From NCBI RefSeq assembly GCF_001194135.2, contig NC_068981.1, positions 182,195,697-182,259,696 of the forward strand: a stretch of 64,000 nucleotides of DNA, written 5' to 3'. The translations under genes and the position numbers were made by a program. The DNA is from Octopus bimaculoides (taxonomy: Eukaryota). Shown here one piece after another: positions 38,791 to 51,171 of this stretch (the first letter of the stretch is position 1; every line of letters starts with the position of its first letter). The notes under the pieces were generated by a model. It had not been told where the DNA came from, made no database searches, and was given only the letters and a program-made list of their open reading frames with translations.

Positions 38791-39897
38791 ATCATCATCA
38801 TCGTTGTTTAATGTCTGCTTTCCATGCTGGCATGGGTTGGACAGTTTGACTGAGGGCTGGCAAGCCAGAAGGCTGTACCAGGCTCCAATCCGATCTGGCA
38901 AAGTTTCTACAGTTGGATGCCCTTCCTAATGCCAACCACTCCAGAAGTGTAGTAGTGGGTGCTTTTTACATGCCACCAGCACAAGAGCCAGTCAGGCGGT
39001 ACTGGCATTGATCACACTTGAATGGTGCTTTTCACATGCCACTGGCATGGAAGCCAGTCAGGCGGTACTGGCAATGACCACGCTCAAATAATGCTTTTTA
39101 CGTGCCAATCAAGCAGTATTGTCATCAGCCACAACGATTTTGCTTGCCTCAACAGGTCTTTGCAAGCACAGTTTATTGCCCAATGATTGAAGGGTACTCT
39201 TAAATGGGCCTGTTATGCTGCACTGGCATAGGCCACACTTATGGTCTCACTTGGCTTGCCAGGTCTTCTCAAGCACAGCATATCTCCAAAGGTCTCAGTC
39301 ACTTGTCATCGCCTCAGTGAGGCCTAAAGTTCGAAGGTCATGTTTCACCACCTCATTCCAGGTCTTCATGGGTCTACCTCTTCCACAGGTTCCCTCTACT
39401 GTTAGGGTGTGACACTTTTTCACACAGTTGTCCTCATCCATACGCAACACATGACCATACCTGCGCGGTTGTCTCTCTTGCACACCACATCTGATGCTTT
39501 TCTCTCAGGGCGCTTACACTCTTTCATGTATGCACACTGACATTACAGATCCAGCAGAGCATACTGGCTTCATTCCTTGCAAGCTCACGCATATCCTCAG
39601 CAGTGCCATGTTTCATTGCGATGTAGCATGGCTGTTTGCACACATGTCATACAGTCTACCTTTTACTCTGAGCGAGAGGCTCTTTGTCGCCAGCAGAGGT
39701 AGGAGCTCTCTGAACTTTGCCCAGGCTATTCTTATTCTAGCAGTTACACTTTCAGAGCATCCACCGCCGCTACTGACTTGGTCAGCTAGGTAACAGAAGG
39801 TATCAACTACTTGTAGTTTTCCTCCTTGGAATGTGGCGGAAGCTGTTTTCTGCACATTTTCAGTGTTTATTGCCCCTGAGCATTTTCCACACACATA
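38791..39897 (-). mobile_element. RTE-clade LINE, 5'-truncated, frameshifted
   Basis: CGKCSG..VDTFCYL.D..S.GGG.SESVTARIRIAWAKFRELLP and YGHVLRM...GRGRPMKTW are typical RTE C-terminal motifs; 3' UTR and (GAT)n tail at 38791. Confidence 0.92.
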
Positions 39898-39959
39898 TAT
39901 ATAGTGTGCTATGCCTGAGAGGACCCATTAAGTCAAGTGCACCCATGCTGGTGACACGT

Positions 39960-40345
39960 AGAGAATACTTTCTGAGCATTGGGCCTCACAGAGGCAAAGT
40001 GGCTGAGTTCTTTGTGATTGTTGGGCCTCACAGAGGCAATGACAAAGACCACTGGCATTTTGTTGTGTTTGAGAAGAAATCCCATCAACCAAGCAAAATC
40101 GCAGATACCGGTGTCATGCAAATTGCCACATAAACACACCCCAATATCATGCAAATGGCATCCGTGCCGGTGGCACGTAAAAGCACCCATTATACTCTGA
40201 GTGGTTGGCATTAGGAAGGGCATCCAGCCATAGAAAACCATGCCAAATCAGACTGCAGTCTGGTGCAGCCCTCGAGCGTGCCAGTTTGGTCAAACCATCC
40301 AACCCATGCCAGCATGGACAACAGACGTTAAATGATGATGATGAT
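39960..40345 (+). mobile_element. Second RTE 3' fragment, different 3' UTR variant
   Basis: LGLTEAMTK ORF end, then a different UTR and the shared terminus with (GAT)n tail. Confidence 0.8.
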
Positions 40346-40773
40346 AACATCTCACTTTTCATGTAGTCACTAATGATCATATAGAACCAATTGTGTCACT
40401 TAATCTTTCCATCTGGGCCACAAGCATTTGAGATTTCCCAGATTTCTGCTCTGCAAAAGTAGAAACAAATTCAGGAAACTTGTTAGATATATTGTTTTCT
40501 CTATCAGTTTTTTACAGCTCGAGTTACAAGTTCATTGGGATCGTCTCTCAAGTGGACATGTATGTTTTGAGTGTGGATAAGTTTAACATACAAAGGATAG
40601 CATTTAGATAGCCCTCATTTTGTAATTAAGTAGATATAAGAGCAAGTACTTTGAGTGTTTACGTTCCTTAGTACTGAAGTCAATGTGACACAAGTTTACA
40701 AATTAAGTTTTTATACCCCAGCACATTTTTAGATACTAGCATTCCTCTTCCTGATCATCTCCTCACTCTTACA

Positions 40774-40815
<42 letters not shown>

Positions 40816-41226
40816 GTAGTAATAATAACAGTTGTATAAATATCAAATCTTGTTCACTGTGTGAATCAGATAATAATAGAGATAATTATGTAATTAGTAC
40901 TATTTGTTCTAATGGCAATTCTCCCCATGTTCCTTTTACTTTATCATTTCTAAATAAGAAGCATTTTCTTGTAAGAAGTCTAATTTCTTAGAGAAATTAT
41001 TATTGTTGTCTTTTGAATCTTTTCTTTACTCATTTAATTTACTATATTCATTTTCTTTTGTAATTAAAAGTAAATCATTTATTTTGCATTTGTTTTAATT
41101 ATAGAAATATCTAACATAATTAACATATTTGTTTTCAACCCAGATTAGTTTTATTTTCTTAACTAATTAATGTCTTTTTCTTTTATTTTCTGAACTGCCT
41201 ATAACTTAACAATTTACCAATTTCAG

Positions 41227-41910
41227 TTCGTCGGCTATCGGCGTTTTCCTTTCCTGTGATGACATCTTCCAAGTCCAGCTTTGAAATCTCACCAAATATA
41301 CAATATTCTTCTCAAACATCTTCAGTGCCTCAGCATTCTCCTAACCAATTTGTAGCCCACTTAAAAACAACAAAAGCAGAATCATCATCATCATCGTCTC
41401 ATTATGCATCACCAGTGTCTCATCAGAATAAGAGCTCTGTTATTATTAACAAAACTGAAAAGACTCAGCAGATGGAATCAGAAATTATCACTACTCCATC
41501 TTCTAGAACTAATCAAGATACCTCTAATGATATAAGTAATACTAGCTTTACTAGCTCTGATAATTATCTGTCTCCCTATCAGTATTCTAAACCATATTCT
41601 TCTCAGAGTGTTGAGAATAATGTCAATGTTCCCTCAACAGTACCAGTACCACCATTGATTGAGCAGATCCAATCCAATTTCAAAAAGCTAAAACATAGTT
41701 CTCCTAAAATGGCCAAAGCTAGGACTAGCAGTGGAAATAAATCCAACTTGAAAATTATTCAAGGTTCTCCTTACCATACATCATCGAAAGCTGCCAAAAC
41801 ACTAGAACAGCAGCTTCATTCTCTGCGCAAGACCTCAATCAACCGTAAGACTACATCTTTCGAACCTTCGGCACCAGTATCAGAATGGAGACAGAAGTTG
41901 AAAGTGGATG
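41227..41910 (+). CDS. WIPF: WIP-like gene cassette exon 4 (684 nt, phase 1/1), S/T-rich with WH2-like motifs
   Basis: Acceptor ttaccaatttcag|, 228 open codons (VRRLSAFSFP...EWRQKLKVD), donor GATG|GTATAC. Confidence 0.8.
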
Positions 41911-42074
41911 GTATACAATGCACAGTTATTAGTTTTAGAGTTTTGTTGTTGGCACTTTGCATAAGCATATAATTAATTATAGAATTTCCCATCTTCTTGA
42001 ACACTCACACAAACATGTTACTGCCTTGCAAAAATACTATTCAGTAAGAACTAGCTAACTTTTCATAGCTGTGT

Positions 42075-42122
<48 letters not shown>

Positions 42123-43730
42123 NNNNNNNNNNNNNNNNNNNNNNNNNNNNNNNNGACAGTAACTTCAAAGTCACTATCAACAATATCCTTGCTTAAGAAT
42201 AATAAACTCTACAAAAGTATAGAGTAACCTCTGAGATTAATGTAAAATTGTTTTTATTATAAGTGAACATAAAAACAAACTATTTTGGGCATGGCTACAT
42301 GTCTGAAGCTGGTGTCATGAGAAATGCTTCCAGTACACTAGGTAAAGTGGATGGTGCTAAGAAGGACATCTAGCCATAGAAACCAAGCCAAAAAGGAAAC
42401 CTGAGTGAGAGGAGGTCTTCCAACCCTCTAGGCAAGCAGTACTCCTTAGTATATGCTGACTCAGACCATGTGATCCATCTACCCCATGCTAGCCTGAAAA
42501 GCAGACATGATATGGTGACATATATGTATATAAATATATATATTATATAATAATCAGCTGCATGAAAACAAACAGCAAAGTTGGTGCTAATGTACCCAGC
42601 GTAGTGAGTCAATTAATTTTAATTAGTTAGAAATTTCTTTGCTCACTACATTATATATGTATGTATTGGTGCCTTCTTTACTATTTTTGTTATTTCTGTT
42701 GACTAAGAAAAGGCTTTTTGATCAGACTTCTGGTAAATTTTATGCTATGAACTGATTGGTGTATGTTTTTCTTTCAAATGCCTTTAAAATAATTTATCCA
42801 TATGAATATGAATATTTTCCTGTGTCACTCTCTGTGTGATCTACAATGTGTTGGTTTATAAACCTCAAGAGACATCATTGATAAATCTCAAGTGTGTTGG
42901 ATTGGCAGAATCGGACAAAATGCCTTTGTGCTGTTTAGTTACATACAACTCTTAATGTTGCCAGTCCAAATCTTGCTGAGATCAACTTTGCCTTTCTATC
43001 AAGGTGAATTAATTAAAATACCAATTGTGTACTGGCGTTAATAGTATTGACTAAACCCATCCCCTCATAATTGCTGTCCTTTTGCCTTCAGTAGAAATAA
43101 TTATTTATATGCTTAAAAAACCTTGTGAACAATGTGTTCATAATGCTAACCAACAAGATTCATGTTTACCCTTTTAATTTCAGTATCAGTTTATCTTAAT
43201 TAGAAATAATTTAAGCTACAAGTAATAAAGATTTTAATATTATTTTATTTTAAGGATAGTGGGTGACTAAAACAAAAGAGAGAGAGAGAATGATGGATTA
43301 AATATTTTGTAGTATTTAGTTACGCAGTTTTATATTTGAGTTCAAATCTTTCCTAAGCCTTTTCACCCTCCTAGGGTTAAAATAATATTTACCAGTAGAT
43401 ACTGTTGTCAGTTTAGTCATTTCTACCTTCTACCAAAATCTGTGACACTGAGCTTGTCAGAAATCAACATAAATTTATTATTGATGTTTTTTTAATTAGT
43501 ATGTGTATATAATTTTTTTACTTGATACATCATTATAGAAACTTTGGAAGCTGTATAGACTTTCAAAGTGTGACTGATTTCTTTGGCTGTGTTAGTGGAC
43601 GCTAACACATGCCCACAATATTGACATGTCAACATTGCAGCAAAAAATTTAATGCCAGCTTTAAAGACTTAATAACTACAGATTCCCATAAAGTTTTACA
43701 CTAAGAAATTGTTCAACCTATTAACTGTAT

Positions 43731-43978
43731 CAGTGGTTCTCAATCATTTTTTGCCTATAGACCCCTTTCACTTTACTGAACCTCCATCACCATTCAATAT
43801 GTATTAAAAAAATCCTTCTGTATTTTTATAATTAAATGTTATTATGAACTACATAAAAAAAAGTAAAACATTTTGTATACTGTAGAAGTGTAACCAACTT
43901 ATTGCTCATAAATTCTAACAACAAAAAAAATCTTATATGGACTCCCAAGGGTCATATAGACCCAATTGAGAACTATTG
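43731..43978. mobile_element. hAT-type MITE
   Basis: TIRs cagtggttctcaa / ttgagaactattg (Charlie-like); 8-bp TSD not preserved; ends 119 bp before the exon 5 start. Confidence 0.65.
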
Positions 43979-44096
43979 TGGGCTTTTTTTTTTTGAAACA
44001 GTAGTAATTTAAAGCTTATAGAATTGAGAATTTGTTTTTATAATCTACCTCTCTGTTCTCTTTTTAATTATAATTTGAATAATTTAAAATTTTCAG

Positions 44097-44903
44097 CTCC
44101 CAGTTTCCATAGATTTTCTGCTTCTCGTTTGAATATTCGCCAGCCTGGAACTCCCCGGCATCGATCTGCAGCTATGTCTCATTTTAGACCAGTAGCTACA
44201 ACAAACACTCCGAACTCTTACAATTTGACTAAACCTTCTTCAGATATCGTTGCAACTAACTCCACTAATGTTTTAACTGTTGCTGCTAAATTTTCTAACT
44301 TTGACCAACAGCAAGCATATCCAAAAGAGACTAAAAAAGAATGTATCATCTATGAAAAACCTCAACTGCCCTCCCAAAAGTATAAAAGTCCAGTAACTAG
44401 TATTTATGAATCTGCAGCTATTTTTGAACAACCCCAAAATTCAGCATACAAACTACCTAAACAGTTTTCACAACCATCAACAGTATCACAAACAACTTCT
44501 GAGGAAAAACCAGCAGAATTTCTGGAAGTTACTCTGAAATCAACAAAGTTTTCGACTTTATTTTATGGTGCTAAAAAAGATCCCAAAAAGGATTTCACAC
44601 CGTTTGGAAATTACAACCGATCACCTTACGGGAACCCGTCTTTATTTAAGAGTAATAATAATAATCTAAACCCTTATGTAAGATCTGTTTCCTACCACGG
44701 GCCACTTTCAGAAGCTTCCTACTCAAAGTCTCCACAAAACTCAGGCAGTTATTTCCGACCAATTGGTTGTTCATTCTTCCAGCCTTCATTTATGTCCAAT
44801 TCTGAGAGAGGATATTCTGAAAATACCTATCAAATGTCAGCTTCAGCACCATCACTGGTTCAAAATCGTATCAAATGGGCACTGAACATGTCTTCATCTG
44901 ATG
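44097..44903 (+). CDS. WIPF: WIP-like gene cassette exon 5 (807 nt, phase 1/1), S/P/N-rich
   Basis: Acceptor tttaaaattttcag|, 269 open codons (APSFHRFS...VQNRIKWALNMSSSD), donor GATG|GTATTG. Confidence 0.8.
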
Positions 44904-45289
44904 GTATTGTTCCTGTTGTATTCCTTCTCCTTATGCACATAGTTTCCTTCTGCTATACAGCTCATTTCTACCCACTGTTTTGCATACAATCTCAAGGTTT
45001 AGTGGCAAAGCTTCAAACTCTGGCACCAAAAGAGAAAAAAAAAACACAAAAAAGATCACATAAACAAACCCAAGGTTGAATTCATGTTTTCACTCATAAA
45101 AAGTAATTTATAATTAATTATATCATTATTGAGGTTGATAACAACGTTGGAGTATCATTATTAAAAGCACACCAAATAAAAATTGAGGTTATTTAATTGC
45201 ATTCTTTTCTAATCTGAGCAAAAATCATGTTTAAATCAACTTACCCTTGAGTTGATTAAATAATTACTTATAACATAGTAAAATACTCG

Positions 45290-45880
45290 GACTTGGCAGA
45301 ATTGCTAGCATGCTGGGAAAAATGCTTAGTGGCACTTCATTAATTCTTTTATTCTTTTACTTTTGTTTCAGTCATTTGACTGCGGCCATGCTGGGGCACC
45401 GCGTTTTAGTTGAGCAAATCGACTCCAGGACTTATTCTTTGTAAGCCCAGTACTTATTCTATCGGTCTCTTTTGCCGAACCACTAAGTTACTGGGATGTA
45501 AGCACACTAGCATCAGTTGTCAAGCGATGTTGGGAGACAAATACAGACACACAGGCACACACACATATATTCGACGGGCTTCTTTCAGTTTCCGTCTGCC
45601 AAATCCACTCACAAGGCTTTGGGCGGCCCAAGGCTATAGTAGAAGACACTTGCTCAAGGAACTAATGGAACTGGAACCATGTGGTTGGTAAGCAAGCTAC
45701 TTACCACACAACCACTCCTGCACCTATATTTAAATATAGTTTAAATTTTTATATGATTGACTTTACCTTTCATCCTTTTGAAGTCAATAAAAATAAGTCC
45801 TAGTTAAGTACTGGGGGTTGATGCAGCTGACTTTCTTCCCCCAAAATTGCTGGCCTTGTGCCAAAATTTGAAACCAGCAT
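45290..45880 (+). mobile_element. SINE-C interrupted by a SINE-B1 insertion
   Basis: C head at 45290-45340; C 3' half resumes at about 45755. Confidence 0.75.
45344..45726 (-). mobile_element. SINE-B1, full length, apparently young
   Basis: Many CpGs retained; colinear with 20150-20546. Confidence 0.9.
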
Positions 45881-46429
45881 ATTAGAAGTTGAGTTGATTG
45901 TACCACCAACCCTAAATTGTATGGCCTTATGTCAATGTTAAATTTATTATTGACGCTAATAAATAGTTCGTTATTTGAACTTTGAGACTCAGGATGATTT
46001 TTTTTTAATGGTAATGAAAAAGAGGTCTCCAGTCAGTGTTGAGTTTCTGAAATTTTCTATAAATCTTATAAAACTCTTTTTAATCAAAGTGGTGTTAATC
46101 AAATACTACTTTTGTTGAGCTCAACAATTCTTGGTTCATTAAGTACTACGTGATTATTAAACTAATTAGGTGCCAAAAATAAACCTTCTATTAGTTTCCC
46201 TATTGCTGGTGAGACCATAAAAATATCTTGTACTTCATTTGAAAACACAGAGAGGCAGCAATATAATTAGTTAAATAACAATGTAATTGAGTTGCAAACT
46301 TGGCTAACATCATGTTCATAAACAGACATATATATTTGTTAATTTGACCGGTATGTAAAATTTAGAAAGTTCCATCCTCTTGAATATTGGCCTTTCAATA
46401 TATCTTCTTACTAATAGTTACTGTGGTGT

Positions 46430-46855
46430 CATCATCATCACCATCGTTATTATTTTAACATCCACTTTTCCACGCTTACATGAGTCAGGTGGAATTTGTT
46501 GAGGCAGATTTTCTATGATTGTATGCCTTTCCTAGCATAAATCCTTATATGTTTCCAAGCAAAATAATATTTCCCCACAGCCAGACATGTTTTCACAGAA
46601 GATTGAAAACAAAAGACACCTCCTGTGGCACTAATTTACTTATGTCCTGCAATGTCAAGATAAGGAGATGCAAACACACTAATACATATACAACAGGCTT
46701 CTTTCAGTTTCTGTCTACCAAATCCACTCACAAGGTTTTGATCAACCCAGGACTAAGAAGACACTTACTACCCATGGTGCCACACAATAGGACTGAACCT
46801 GCAACCATACTGTTGGGAAACAAAGTCCTTAACCACTCATCCATGTCTGCTCCTC
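46430..46855 (-). mobile_element. SINE-B2 (diverged)
   Basis: Reverse complement of B head plus RTE-type tail. Confidence 0.7.
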
Positions 46856-46974
46856 ATAGCCATAGAGTAAAAACGATTATATTCTTGAAGTGTAAACAAG
46901 GAAAGGAAGTAGGTATGTTGACATTTTACTGGCTAATGAGCATGAGGCAGACAAGGACATATGTACTTTAAAAA

Positions 46975-47283
46975 ATATTTCTGGTTGTATGGTAAGAACA
47001 GCATGGTTCAGAGTTCAGTCCCACTGTGTGGGACCTTGTGCAATTATCTTCTACTTTAGCCTAGAAGCAACTAAAGCATTGTGAGTGGATTTGGTTGACT
47101 GAAACTGAAAGAAGCCCATTGTGTGTGTGTGTGTGTTTGTGTTTGTGTCTGTGTGTACGTCCCCCGTAACCTAGCAGTTCAGTAAAAGAGACCAATAAAA
47201 TTAGTACCAGGGTTTAAAAAAATAAAGGTGGTGCTCCAGTGTGGCCACTGTCTAATTACTGAAACTAAGTAAAAGATAAAAGG
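46975..47283 (+). mobile_element. SINE-B1 (internally deleted)
   Basis: Head, GT hinge, tail ending gaaactaagtaaaagataaa. Confidence 0.75.
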
Positions 47284-49019
47284 CATCGAAGTAAAATGTG
47301 GCTTATGCATTGGTGTCATTTTCCAAGCTGCTTAGTTTTAGGAATGTAAACAAACCAACACTGGCTGTCAAGTGGGGAAGGGAATAGCAAGCAAGACACA
47401 CACACACACACGTGTGTGTGTGAGTATATCTATCTATCTATCTATATATATATATATATATATATATAGATTCAAGGTGAATAAGGTGATTAAAGTCAAA
47501 ATAAGCAACAAGAATATCCAAAGATATTGCGGTACGATCGTTTCATGCAACTCCATTTATTTAAGCAATGTAAACATTACATCAAATATAAAATGCAGAG
47601 CAATCCTCAGCTGCACAAAGATATAGAAATTTACTGAAATTTCATTTCAACAGAAGGACATATTTGTTTCAGTCATTCGACTGTGGCCATACTGGAGCAC
47701 CACCTTTATTAATATATATGTGTGTGTGTGTGTGTGCAATGGAATTCCATACAGTTTCTGTCTACCACTCACAAGGCATTGGTCAGTCTAAGGCTATAGT
47801 AGAAAGTACTTGCTCATGATGCTGCACTGTGGAACTGAACTAAAAACCACATAGTTGCAAAGTAAGCTTCTTAACCACATAGCCATGCCTATTGATAAAA
47901 TATCTGTAATGCTGCTATGGTAACTCTCTCTCTAGATATCAGAGATATTGTGTAATAATTAACACGTCCTCCTCTCAGAGGTAATAGCAGACTTAGTGGT
48001 TATGACTGAATCATAACCATGCTTTGGGCTTCACTTGCTGTCACTCTACAATTATTGATTGGTCCTGTTTAATATTACTGGCTGTCTCAACTGATTGATA
48101 AGTGTAACTGTTAGTCTGTGTCTTTCTGTATACAGTGAGGTAAAATGAACTGGCAAGAGTTAAGTGCTCTTGCATGAGTGATGTTTAAGTGCTAATGACA
48201 CACTATGAGCCATCAATTGCTTGTGCCCATTTGACTTCTTCATTTGCTTCTCTCACTTTAATTGATACACAAGAACAACCAATTGTATTAGATTTGTGAT
48301 TCACCGCTGATAGTTTATCTGATTAGTTCTAAGCCAAAATTAATCGACATGTTTAACCAGCCAATTGCCAATTGATTAAAAAAACATTAGTTGGGGAATG
48401 AGAATATAAAAATAAAGTAGTTAAGTAAAGATATCTGAAAATTATGTTTATATCAAGTAGTTTGTTGGTGGTCACTAAGGAGCAAGGAATAAATTCCCAC
48501 CTTGCTTCTCCTAGGACATAGTTTCAATTCCATGTAGAAGCTAATTTATTCATGTGTGTGTAATAGACAATAAGCAAAATAAGAGATGACAAGAGTGGGA
48601 CAAGTTTTAACAAATGTATTCATTTGACATTTAAAAGGAAGAGAAAGAATCTCGATGTTTCAGACATTAATCCATCTTTAAAAAATATAAAAAGAGCAGG
48701 AAATATGTGTGTTCGTGTGTGCATATGTTTTGATCCACATGTATTTTCATTGACACTATTTAGCTAGTAGTGATGACGTTTAATTCCAACATAAGTAAGC
48801 AAAAATATGTCACCTTAACTGTTCATGTGAAGTTGTGGAATAGTTGGCTTCATTTGTAAAAATAAGTTAGGGTCAATATTAGAAAGAGCTTCTAATCATA
48901 AAATGCTGCCTCTACAAGTCTTGTCTAACTTAAACCAACATGGAAAAATTAGACATAAAAACGATGGTGATGACTGATTGTTAGATAACAAGAGTGAAGA
49001 GGGAAAAACCTACATACAT

Positions 49020-49320
49020 GATCACGTGATTGACCAGACTATTGAATGTTGTACATTGCTGGTCACAATGCACTTTGCATTGTTTTAGCTTTCAAATAAT
49101 GCCTCCTCACTGGCTAGGTGAGCAGGCCAATATTCCTTCTGATCAGGTGACTAATCTATCACAGGGTTACTCATTTACATCTTACATCTGAGTAGATTGG
49201 TGTGTTGTGAAATTATGTGTTTTGCTCAAGAACACAATATGCCACCTGGTTCAGGAATCAAACCCACAATCCAGCAATCATGAGTGCAATGCTCTAACCA
49301 CTAGGCCATGTGCCTTTATT
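49020..49320 (-). mobile_element. tRNA-head SINE (A-related)
   Basis: Reverse complement ggcacatggcctagtggttagagcattgcactcatg...; head shared with 32860-33115. Confidence 0.7.
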
Positions 49321-51081
49321 CATATGTAAATAACAATCAGATTCAATAATAGTAGTATTAGTGAGCTACAATGTAGACAAAATTGAATTCAACTTATTAA
49401 CTTCATTAATTTAACAAAATTAATCAAACAATACCCACTGTCCAAACTCTTATTGCCATGTAGTGTTAGATTTACTAGATTTAGTAAATTCACTTCAGTG
49501 TTTTCTAAATTCTCTGATGAAATGTGTTGCCATATTTGACTGGAATCTAACACTTCCCTTTCACTTCTTTGCAGACCCCCTGTTTCAGGGAAAACACTGT
49601 TGTATAGATCAATGGAAATATTTTTGATTTACTTATGCACTTTAGACCTCTTTATTTGATTCTGATTTCTCTGTTTTATAATAACTTTTTATTGTTAGTG
49701 ATGTGTGAGTATTAATTACTGATAAAATGATTTTAATTAAAAAATTTTTTTTTTTTTAAACTTACATTGTTTTGTCTGTAATTTTCGTATTTATATCTGG
49801 TAATTAATATTAAATGACATATTTCTGGTATTTGAAGTATTGTATTTAGTGAAAGATATCTCTGTCCTTCAGAACTGTTTTGATTTTAAATTGTCTTATC
49901 GATTTTTGTTTTATTTATTTATTTCTAATTTCTTAATCATTAGTATTGTTATTTGTACTCTAAATAATTTTTTTAATTGAAAATTCTTTTTATAGCAAAA
50001 ATGTACATTATTTATAATTATATTTTACTTCTTGTCATGAAATAGTATATAAAGTTACCTCCCTTGTGACAGATTTGCTTCCCTTTTAAACTGTCAGCCA
50101 TGTTACCATTCCACTTTTGTAAATGGATCATTCCAAAATACAAAATATATACAGCTTGTAGTATCTGAAATTCAGAAATGATTTGTGTTTAATATTTACA
50201 GCCACTTACTATACCACAAAATAATGCAGACTGAGGAAATGGTATAAAGTGCCGTGAGCTAAACTGTATAAATTATCGTATCTAGATCAATGATAATTTT
50301 CTGAGTTCTCCACAAGACTTCTTCAGGTTTCATTGCCAAATACACACCTCCAATTATTTCTAATGCCTAATAGAATAGGAATTATTAATTGGTGCCTTGT
50401 AGTGGGCAATACTGTATGATAGTAATTATTTTGGCTGGGAATAAAGTTTGCGATCTCATTTATAATCTCTAAATAGAAACATTCTTTTATGTCTCCAAAT
50501 TGGATGAGGCATGAATGTTACAAATTTCCCTTTCTGTATCAAGCTAAAGTTTGTTTTGTTTTTGTTTTTTTTAATATATTTCTATTTAATTGTTGCCTGA
50601 AGTCAATCGCTCCATCTGCAAACAGAGAGGTTGTGACTTGCAGGGAATCGATATGGTTAATTTTAGTTTTAAGATGTTGGAGATTATTTTGTTGAGAAAT
50701 AGTTATTGGTTTGAAATACTATGCGTAAACGTTTGACGTTGCATGTAATGAAAAAGGGGACAAGAAACAGTCTTGATGATCTGAGTGTTTTAAGAAGCAG
50801 AAGAGGAAGCAAATATTTGAGCGTAATGACACATTAAAGATTGGTTTTCAATGATGTTGGTGTGGAGCTAGTCAAATATGATTTCTGAATATGTAATATT
50901 TTGCCTTCTAACTTTGACTTTCTTCTACAATTTTATCTTTGATTTTAATATTTACATGACAATATTTTATATTTTAAGATATGTTTTGACTCACTGTACA
51001 TGGCGTTTTCTATAAAATATAGATTTTCTTCTAAATTTTCTTTTTCCCTATCAGTATCTTTGGACCATTTCTTCATTGCAG

Positions 51082-51171
51082 CTAATCAAAGTACAGATAC
51101 AAAAGATGATACAGTCCGATCTTTGGTCAAAGACCGTATCAACTCTTGGGGAGGACATTATAAAGATGAGG
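51082..51171 (+). CDS. WIPF: WIP-like gene cassette exon 6 (90 nt, phase 1/1): ANQSTDTKDDTVRSLVKDRINSWGGHYKDE
   Basis: Acceptor catttcttcattgcag|, donor GAGG|GTATAA; ends in a motif similar to the end of exon 5. Confidence 0.75.
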
